Source of the DNA: Monocercomonoides exilis PA203
Lineage: Eukaryota; Protista; Preaxostyla
DNA length: 64,000 nt
Assembly (NCBI GenBank): GCA_001643675.2
Contig: LSRY02000008.1
Span: forward strand, 744,001-808,000
Direction of reading: 5' to 3'
In this document: piece by piece, positions 54,285 through 64,000 of the stretch
Layout of the letters: the number at the start of each line of letters is the position of its first letter
Numbering within the stretch: the first letter of the stretch is position 1
Position numbers and translations under genes: made by a program
Notes under the pieces: generated by a model
What the model was told of the DNA's origin: nothing
The model's input: the letters and a program-made list of their open reading frames with translations, nothing else
Databases searched by the model: none

Positions 54285-56207
54285 GAGTGATAATTTTTGA
54301 TATCATAAATTTTTTGAAAGAATTTTAGGAAAAAAAATTTCATTGTTTGTAAATTAACGTATAAGACCTCTACGTCATGATCAATTGTAAAATTATTTGT
54401 TTGCTATTATATATATATATATATTGTAAAAAGATTCATTTTTGAAAAAAATTATACAAACGAAAGCGAAAATTTCCAAAGACAATAAAAGCAATTAAGA
54501 AAGGATTTGCTGATGGCATCTGATAAAACTGTCATGTTCACTTTTGTCAGTGAAATTAAATGACCATCGAAAATGAAACGATGAAAAAAAAACCTTTGGA
54601 CTAAAAATGATTGCTGCACTTTGACCGTGTGAAGATTCTTTTTTACGTCAACTTTTTTGTCAAATAGCAGTTATATTTGAGAAAAAAACAAAACTTTGAC
54701 ATGTAGAAATATTGGTTTTGCAATCAAAGAAAAACCTATTCAATGAAGAAATAAGAAAAAATTATTAAAAGAACTTTTTTTTTATTTATGAATAATCGAA
54801 ATACAAAGATCATGAAAATGTGAATGCGGTTTCTGGAAACAAATTTTACATATGTGTAATTCTATTTGAAAAGTGCAAAATGTATAATTTTCAAAGAAAT
54901 CGAAAATTTCATATCTTGATCAAATTTTTGTTTTCACTCATGAAATTTTTTTTGAATGCTTGAAATAGCATTGTCAAGATTTTGATTCCATATTAGTGAA
55001 GTCTGGTGTGTGTTAACATGAATTTGAGCAAAATATGAAATTTTTGATTTGTAAAAATATTAAATATTTGCACCTTCATAAAAAGAATTTCCCATATCTT
55101 CGTTTTCAGTGAAAAGATCAGAAAAATCATGTTTCATAAACTTATTCATCTTGTTATTCTACAAAGAAATAATATTAAATTGTGCATTTTTTCAAAGCGT
55201 TTGAATGGCCATACTTTAAATGTTGCAGTTTTTGAGCAATATGTGTCATAAGATTGGTTTATTTATGATTACAGAATTGATAATGAAGAAATGAAAAATT
55301 TTTATTTTAACATTTTGTTGATAATGACAAACAATTAGCAAAGCCAACAATTTTGTTCACATGCAATTCTGGCAGAAAACAAGAAATTGTTTCATTGATG
55401 TTTGCAATATATCCGTTAAAAAAAAAAGAGTTGCAAGTAAATATTTTAACATTTGTTTTCTGAAAAATAAAAAAAACACAGTTTGGTATATAATACTTGA
55501 ATAAACTTGTATTTAATATTTATATGTTTTTGGATAAATTGTCTCCAATTCATGTTTTTTTTGTCCATGAAAAGATAAGTTGTATGGAATGATGCTCAAA
55601 CTGAGTGCGTTTTAACCAAAATAAATTTAAAACTCAAGAAATCAACTTTTTGATTGTTCATGCCAAAGCTTTTCTTTGAATGATTTGAATAATTTAAATT
55701 TTGACTAAATTGAAGAACAAAATGAAAATATCGAGCAATAGATTATCAAATTTTTTTTTTGTTAAAGGGTTCCCGTTCTGAAGCGACAAGAAAACATTCA
55801 TTTCTATATGATTCTTATATCCAAATTGTGAACAAGTTCTTTATCGTAAAGACAGACGAACCATCAGGACTACAGAAAAAATACAATAGCTCAATGAAAA
55901 ATCGAGTTGATCATTATTATTCGTCAACGGAAGATATCAAATATGTTCCATTTGTCATATATTTTTTTTTCATATTTCTCATATGCAAATATTCGAATTA
56001 ACAATTTGTCAAATATTATATATAAAATTATTCAAATATTTTTTTTCAAAATTATTAATGAACTATGTCTTTTAAAGATATCATGCATTTGACAGATAAT
56101 CATTTGAAAGAATGTGAAACTTTTTTTGATATTTCTTTTGCAAATAACTGCGAACAAGAAAAATATACATACCCAGAAATAATATATGATTTCAAAAATA
56201 ATCACCA
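54285..56207. mobile_element. Probable 1.9-kb non-autonomous Sola2-type element
   Basis: AAAT|GAGTGATAATTTTTGATATCAT ... ATGATTTCAAAAATAATCACCA; TSD imperfect. Confidence 0.5.
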
Positions 56208-57157
56208 ATTTTGTTCAAATTGAATTTTTCCGATCAATAACCTCTAAAATGAAGTTCATCTATCACATCTTAAGGAATACATTTTGGTTTCAGTTTATAT
56301 GTTCAACTCTTCTTTCCTTATTTATATCACATCGACATTATCTGAAGTTATAAACGATTGTTCGAAAATAACGTTTAATTGTTTTTGGTGTGTTTGAAAC
56401 GATGAACATGTTGATGTTTCAAATTTTCACATCATCGAAAAATATCACAATTTTTGCTCGAAAAGTTATTAAACAAGTCAAATAATTCACATCAACAAGA
56501 AACTTGTTCATTTAAAAGTGTCATTATTATTGCTAGCAAAGCAAATAAAAAAGAGCTCATGATCAATTGATAGAGTGAAAAAAAAATCATCAGTTCTAGA
56601 TGTCAAAACAATTATTTCTTTTGCCACGGTGAGAAAATATTGACTTACAAAACACGGAACTTTTTCTTTCGGAATTGAAGCAAAGGAGAGGAATAAATAT
56701 GTCATATTCATATTTTTGCGAAAAAACACGTGGTGTTCTTATCAAACAAAAAAATAGAACAGATTTATGTTCACTATGTGAACGAGACCTTCATTTGGAT
56801 ACTGCAGTTTTCATCAAAAAGCTCACACGATAGAAATGACTGGAGCTGTTTTATATAAAACAACACAAATAGTGGGCAGAATTGCAAAAGAATCAGTTTT
56901 TGTAGAAAAAACGACACTTGAAACAGAATGCATTGTTGCTTTTGCTTTATTTCAAACAATTTTTTCTTATGCTAATGTCTTTTAATGAGATCAACTGATT
57001 CCAATACAACATACAGCAAGTTTCAGATTTAAGCATTTTCATCATAAATTAAAATGAATTATCATTTCATAAAAACATCATTCATATTTTCTCTACTTGC
57101 TTGGCACATGATTTCAGATATATGTCAGATTGCATTGAAGTTGCTCTCAGCAGATAT

Positions 57158-57409
57158 GGGTGATTATTTTTGAAATCATAACTTTTTTCGGGGTGTTGTT
57201 TTTTCAAAGATTGTTTTCCTTTGTGAAGAACTTTTTTATTCAAATGCAATGTTCATAACAACTGTTTGAAAAACAAGTGTCTTGACCGAATTAAAGGTGA
57301 AAATGTTTTTTCAGCTTTTTAACTTTTCACTGTTCATTTGTTAATATTCAAAGGACATTTTCGAGTCGAAAATTTTGTAAAAAAAAAATGATATCAAAAA
57401 CAATCACCA
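57158..57409. mobile_element. ~252-bp MITE, Sola2-type termini
   Basis: ATAT|GGGTGATTATTTTTGAAATCAT...ATGATATCAAAAACAATCACCA. Confidence 0.75.
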
Positions 57410-57899
57410 AAATATAAAAAAAGAACTTTCCAAAAGGTTTTATTTTCTAATGTGAAATATGTAATATATTCGATTTTTCTTTCTTAAAAAGCAACTGATT
57501 ATTTATTGTTGAAAATTCACTTTTAGCTCAATGTTCTTAAAGCTTTCAAAAAAAAAATAGCAATAAAATTGATTTCTTTGATATTGAATACACAATTTTT
57601 GTTAATGCATGCAAAAAAATGCGAAAGTTTAAATATTCCTTAATAAGTTTGTGAAATCTCAAGTTAAGGATATTTTTTCTTTAAAAAAGCTGAAATTTAT
57701 TTCGATTTTTATGATTATTTTTAATAACATAAGCTTTTTTTTCATGATCCAAATATGTCTTTGACTACTTTCAAATTCATTTTTTATTATTATTGAAATG
57801 CCCAAATAACAAATGAACAATAGTGGGTTATTGTCATTTTATTTTTTAAGTGTATAAAATGTCAATTTAATATTTTCTAAAATAAAAAGTACAAATCTT

Positions 57900-58510
57900 T
57901 TATGATTCAGAATATTCACTAGCATCTGCTCCATTTCCTGGATCGTAATTATCTTCGTCAAGAATATCAATTGCTTCCTGATCAATTTGGGGAACACCTG
58001 CTTCATCGTCTCCTTCTTCATAATCATTGTCATTGGGATATGCAGCTTCTTTTTTAATTTGGAATTGGTATTATTCCTCACAAATTTTGAATCGCATTTC
58101 TTTATCTCGATGAAACAAAAATGAAGCAATAAAATCATCAATGAATTTTTCTGAAATTCCACATGGAGGCAATGATCTTCTGAAATTAGACCAACAACCT
58201 TCAATCAAATAAGAGCATACTTCTGTTCTGTGTTTTTTGAATTCGTATTTGTGGCAAACTGTCTGATGTTTGTAACCTAATTCATTCAAGCACAAATTCA
58301 CACCACCACTCATCACTGAAAATCGTTATTCCTTTCTGGATATTGGCTTCAATGATGGGTATCAGAGTCTCCTTTTTTCTATTTGAAACACTGACAATAA
58401 ATCATTCCACAACTTTATCATTTTCTTTTCTTTCTTCAAATCCAAAAAGCCAAATTTGTTTCTTCTTTTTCCCTTTGTGGAACTTTCTTTATTTTCTTAT
58501 GACTTCTGTA
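57900..58510 (-). pseudogene. Merlin (ISXO2-like) transposase remnant
   Basis: RKFHKGKKKKQIWLFGFEER..SNRKKETLIPIIEANIQKGITIFSDEW, YKHQTVCH, LIEGCWSNFR, acidic tail. Confidence 0.85.
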
Positions 58511-59350
58511 AGAAAAAAATTTTTATGTTTCATTAAAGTTGATTATATGAATGAACTACTGCCAACCAAAATCCAAATCTTGATATATTTTGTTTTAAAA
58601 ATCAGCAACATCTGATTTCTCACCATCAATAAGAGATATGAGTGAAAACATTATTTCATGATAAATGTGGAAAATAACAAAGACGAAACACAGTTATATT
58701 TCCTAAATTATCATTTTTAGTCAAAAAAATTAAAGTTGAAATGCAGTCAAAATCGGATATTTTCAAATCAAGCTTTGCCCAACTTTTTGTGAATATATCC
58801 TATTGCGATTTTATCCGATTTCGCAATTCACAGAAAAAAAACAAAAATTGATAGATTTGTTTGTTTGTTTTGGGACGATTTTTTCATTCTTGAAAATTCT
58901 TCACAAATTCGCTTTTTCAAATTGAGAAAACTATTTTTAACGATGATGTTCATTATTTTTTCTTATTAATACAAATTTCTGGAAAAACAAAAATTGAAAT
59001 AATTAATCGAAAAACCGAATTTTCAAGAAAGATGAACACATCATAATATAAAATGTGAATATTTATTTTCAGCCCTGTGATTATATGCGATGGAAATTGA
59101 ATGTAAAATTAGCAAAAACGTTCTCGAATATTAAATTGTTTATTTCATTGATGTTGACTAAATCTTCGTATTTGAATTTTGAATTAAATTTAATAACTCG
59201 AAAGCGAAATAAAAGTATTCAAGTCCTTCCATTGAGCTTTCATGAGAAATTGGGCTGCACAGAGGTTTAAGTATTTCTAAAATTCATTTGTAAATATAAA
59301 TATAAATAAAAAATTCTTTAATGAGAATTAATAAATAAAAAAATATATTA

Positions 59351-60650
59351 ATGATCATTACCCATAATATATATATGAAATTACTAGTGAAGAAGAAAGA
59401 TGAAGCAGCGCAGAAGCGGCTGAAGGAAGCAATGTCTTCATTACGTTACAGAAAATATAGTTCAAGATTGGAAAGGATTGCGCACATTGTAAATGACAAT
59501 GTTGTCAGGCTAATCGATGGAGTCAAATACGGTGGAATCAGCAAGAAGTCATTGGAGCACGCTGTTCAAGCTATAAAAAACGGAAAGCCGATTGCATAAG
59601 TTTGTCACCCAACAATTATTAGCGGCGAAAAAGAAAAGCAATTCTTGGATGAAGTAACAATTGAATCCCGATCTGGGACAAGCCTCACGTTAAGAAAAGC
59701 GCGCAATTTGGTTTGTAATTGATATTTGAATTGAATATTAATTTGGATTTAGATGGAAAACAAAATTAGCGATAGTGAAGAAGAAGGAGAAAAAGAAGAA
59801 AAAAAGAAAAGGATAGTAACTCTAAAGACGGTTCACGCATTCATAAAGTGCCATCCGGAATTAAAGTCCTCGCTGCCAAAGCAAGTTGATATCAACAGAT
59901 TTGCAGCATCTTGTCAGAAAATCCTAAAGCCGTGGTATACAGAATTACAAGCATTTCACGATGCAAACAAATATCCAGAGGAATTAATCTTCAAAGTTGA
60001 CGAATCGTCGCTTCACATTCCAACTTCTACACGCGGCGTTGTTGTTCATCCTGCAGATGAATAAGCTGGGTTCAAAAAGACTGCCGAAAGGATGCCAAAT
60101 GCCACTCTCGTTGCTGGAATCGCTGCTGATGGCTTCTCGCTTCCGTCTATAATGCTGTGGCCGAGCGTGACTCTTCCGAAAGAACTGACAACACTATAAA
60201 CTTCGTCGCTTGACATTTGGCCAAACACAAACGGCTGGATGGACAAAACATCATTCAAAAAATACACCCTAACAGTTCTGCTGCCAGCTATCATTGACAG
60301 AAGAAAGCGAATTCAAAAAGAATCTCATCGTTGCTTTCTTCTCTTGGATTCACACTCATCGCGGGCAGATCCAACGATATGGAGACAGTTCAAGGAAGCC
60401 GAAATAGACGTCGTCACCTTCGTTCCACACACTATACACATATCGCAGCCACTGGACAGAGGCGTATTTGCAGTATTGAAGTCAGAGCTATCAAACAATT
60501 ACAGCTCTCCATCATCCGCCTCCTCATCTTCAAAAAGAACAGCTGTTGCAGATGTGTTGCCACAAGCCCTTCACACCGCATTCACTCCATCAGTGATCAA
60601 AAAAGCCTTCATTAACAGCGGTATCCTCAGCAATGTGCAGTCAGTAAAAT
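59351..60650 (+). pseudogene. pogo-like transposase, same family as 43225-44860, intron 59711-59752, 3' truncated
   Basis: IFKVDESSL, IAADGFSLPS, NGWMD, LLLDSHSSR, FVPHTIHISQPLDRGVF; in-frame stops. Confidence 0.88.
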
Positions 60651-60934
60651 ACCCGATCCTTGGAGTTAAACCCGTTTTTTTTTAATATGCTGTTATCGAA
60701 AAATTTTGAAAATAATCTCATCAACGAATTTCAAAAAATAAAAACATGATAAATAAACATAATAATCATCATAAATCTTTGTTTAGCAATTAAGAAATCA
60801 CAACTCAATGAAATGATTGATGAAAAAGAAAAGAACGAATATTTTTATTTTTAATTTTTATAAAAGGAAAAAATGATATCATGTTTTAGTTACAGAAAGA
60901 AATTTACACAAAAAACGATGATAAATATCAAGAA

Positions 60935-62227
60935 ATGCAAAAAGTCACAACGAAAAACAGTTGTTGGAATTATCAATTTGATCATGACCCATATAACATG
61001 AGCAACAAAACATATCTCTCTCCTCTTCAACTTCATCGCGAGCTCGCATCCAGCAAATATCGTTCCATTCGTTCAACAACGAAAAAAATATTTGCAATTC
61101 GAAATGATTATTCACTGAAATGGCAAACTGCGGTGAATGAAAAACTTATGTCCAAAGGAGCTTGGTTCAGGGGAATCAAAGCACAAAAGGAAGGAAGGGA
61201 TGTTGGAGTTGATGGGCATCCTTTAACCATTAATTCACGACAGCTCGAAACAATAGAAAATCAAGTCCTTGTGAAATTATCAGAAAAAGAAATAATAAAA
61301 GTGCATGATGTCCAGAACATGGATTGATTTATTTTTTGTTTTTTTTTCTTTACAAAAATATTTTTTTAGTGCGCGCATATTCTTTAATAAGAATGTCGTG
61401 AAAAAAAAGAGCCAAAAAAACTCAACAAAAAGGACACATACAAGCTATTAAAAAGAAGTGAAATTATTCATGCTGCAATTTCAAGGCCAACTGACATTTC
61501 AAAAATTGCGGCTCAATCGCCAGAGAATGTCAGACAATGGTTTGAAGAATTGTCTGAGGTTATTAGCAGGAATAACATTGATTCATCGAGAATATTTAAT
61601 TTTGATGAAACCTCATTGAATTTGAATGAAAGTTCAAGCAAACTAATTGTTTGCCTGAAAAATCAAATTCCTCCGTCTTCTCCAGCTCCTCCAAAAGTGC
61701 CAAATTCAACGTTGTGCTTATGTGTATGTGCGGATGGATCCTCTCCAAGAAAATTTCTTCTTTGGCCGACAAAACGTTTACCCGAAGAATTTTCATCGCT
61801 TTCAGTATTCGACATCAAAGTCCTGTCTTTTTCATCAAGTTGGATAACATAAGAAATATTCAAAAACATCATGATCAATTTCTGGAAACCTGCGATTGTC
61901 TCTAAAGTTTAACCAACATCGACACATATAGCCCTGTTCCTAATGGATAACCATGGAACTCATTCAGACAATTCTGTTGCAGATTTTACAGAGAAACACA
62001 ATATCATTTTGAAGTGTTTTCCACCATATATGACCTATCTATTACAACCGTGCGACTCGTGTATCTTTTCTCGTATAAAAACAACTCTATGCAATAAATT
62101 TCACATTCCAATTCCGTTTTCGATGCTCTCATTCAGATCCTCACTTGCCGACACACTCCCTGAAGGAATTGCTGTAGCTGCAATGCCTTCCACAATCAAA
62201 TCAGCTTTCATTAAAATAGGCGTTTAG
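60935..62227 (+). pseudogene. pogo-like transposase, divergent family
   Basis: IFNFDETSL, CVCADGS, MDNHGTH, FPPYMTYLLQPCD; stops and frameshifts. Confidence 0.85.
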
Positions 62228-63866
62228 CCTGTTGTAGCTGTACCAGTCTTGGATCGCATATCTGGATCCCCCATCCAAAATCACAATTGCAATTCTGAAA
62301 CTTTTATTTCCTCGCAAGATTGGAGAGAAGAGTTGTTTGTGAATTATTCTCCTCATAGAAATAGACAACCATCTTCTGTTCAATCTTCAAAACATTCATC
62401 TCTCCACGATTCTGAAAAAACAAAAGAACCGACAACATTGATTGTTAGTCACAGAAAATATTCAACAAACGAAAACACAACTGACGAAAAGCCAACAGAA
62501 GGAGCAAATGAGATGGATGAATCATAGCTAATGAAACAAATTGAATCAACAAAAGAGCATTTACATTTTCATCAAAAACAGCTAACGAGAATTAGAAAAC
62601 CAACTTCATCTTCTTCTGAAAAGAAACGAAACAATAAACATAGTCGACAAAAACTTTATGAAATGTTGAATAAAAAACCAGCAAAGGAAAAAAAATTTTC
62701 GAAAAAAAAAGGAAAGTGAATGTTAGAAATCTTCAAAGACGATGAAAATGAAGTGAAATCAACTTCTATTAATGAAATAAAATATTTTGTTCACCCTCCC
62801 AGAGAAATATCTACTTCATTTGATTCGAAAGAAAGACTCATAAGAGAAGAGTACTTCAATAAATTCAATGGAAAAATGTGATCTCTGAAAACAAAACACT
62901 ATTTGCGATCATTATCGATACTTGATTATCGTTTTTATTGTTTCATATCTACTATTTCTGTACTTTTCAATGGAATGCAAAAAGATCATATCTTTGTTTC
63001 ATTTTTTCTAAAGCTATCATGAAACTGTCCACATGTTGTAAAATGTTGCTGTGATTTCGATTAATTGAAATTAACCATTATCATTTATGGTATTGAAAGA
63101 ATTACAAAGAATTTGTCATTTTGAATACTTTTGGCATGGATCTGGTTTCGCACTGACTGTTTCTGGCTTTGTTCTAATGAAGCTTCCTCGGTCTTCTCAA
63201 TATTCCTTTTCTTCTCATTCACATAGTTTCGACAATTTCGGAAAAGAAATTACTTAACAAAAGCTTTTCAATGAATGTGATATTAAAAAGAATTCTGCGA
63301 CATAATCAGTTGTAAAAAAAAAAAAAAAAATATTTTTTGTCACAAATATGTTAATGGTTCATTTTTTTGAAAACATACTTTTGTATAATTTTTAAAATAT
63401 ATATATCAATATTATTTTTTCATAAAATGATAAGTTTCCACAATTGAAACTTCAATCAATAGGAAGTTCAAATCAGGTAATGCAATAATATTCTTAAAAT
63501 AAATATATCTTGAGTGGAAATAGATTTTTGATTGTCATTAAAAATTATAATATGTGAGAAAATATTTGACTATAGGGATTTTCATAAAAAAATTATGCAC
63601 TTTTCATTGACTTTTTTATTGCAAAAAATACATAGAAAATAAGTTCATTTTTTGACATTCGTGAAATGTCATAATTCCTAATGTTTTGATTTCGACGATG
63701 TCTGTTTACAAATAAAAAAAAATCAAATTTATTTTGAAATCTGAGGAAGCGATATAAAGCTATGTGTGAAGCAATTTTTCTATGCATTGTGCAAAAAAAG
63801 CTTGAAAGTCCATATTTTCCCCCATATACTTTTTTCGAAATGTACATATAAAAAGACTCAATATTT

Positions 63867-64000
63867 GGGTGATTCTTTTTGAAAAGTCACAAATGTTTAA
63901 TTTACAAATAAATCAAAAATTTTATTTTTGGCTCAAATTTCTGTTTCAGCTCACAAATCTCCTCAAGAATGTTTGAAATAGCATTATCAATGAATAGATT
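63867..64000. mobile_element. Left end of another Sola2-type element running off the window
   Basis: ATTT|GGGTGATTCTTTTTGAAA followed by a block also seen at 54900-55060 and 45500-45640. Confidence 0.5.

Noticed and set aside
57158-58510. GGGTGATT termini as Merlin TIRs
   Set aside because: TSDs are 4 bp rather than the 8-9 bp of Merlin, the 57158 end pairs with 57409, and one such element interrupts a Merlin gene

Overview
AT-rich eukaryotic DNA with short (about 40-110 nt) GT-AG introns. The expanded gene families present resemble those of the oxymonad Monocercomonoides; this attribution is an inference. Only two genes look like intact host genes: an expanded-family helical protein (2151-3563) and a PPPDE/DeSI-PUL peptidase (20860-23097). 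The rest is nested transposons and gene fragments. Main result: a family of Sola2-like DNA transposons with GGGTGATTATTTTTGA termini and 4-bp AWWT target duplications. (1) A 14.4-kb copy (4720-19168, AATT TSD) splits a Merlin transposase gene that rejoins in frame when the element is removed. It encodes an intron-containing DDD transposase with a complete USP/C19 deubiquitinase domain inserted in it, and carries fragments of host surface/receptor genes. (2) A decayed, divergent USP-transposase with the same domain order lies at about 50790-54230. (3) A 4.8-kb cargo-only element (33615-38382, ATAT TSD) sits inside a DIRS retrotransposon. (4) Four ~255-bp MITEs share the same termini. Also present are an 8.8-kb hAT element with cargo, a decayed DIRS1-type element with ITR/ICR structure, three intron-bearing pogo-like transposase remnants and a second Merlin remnant.
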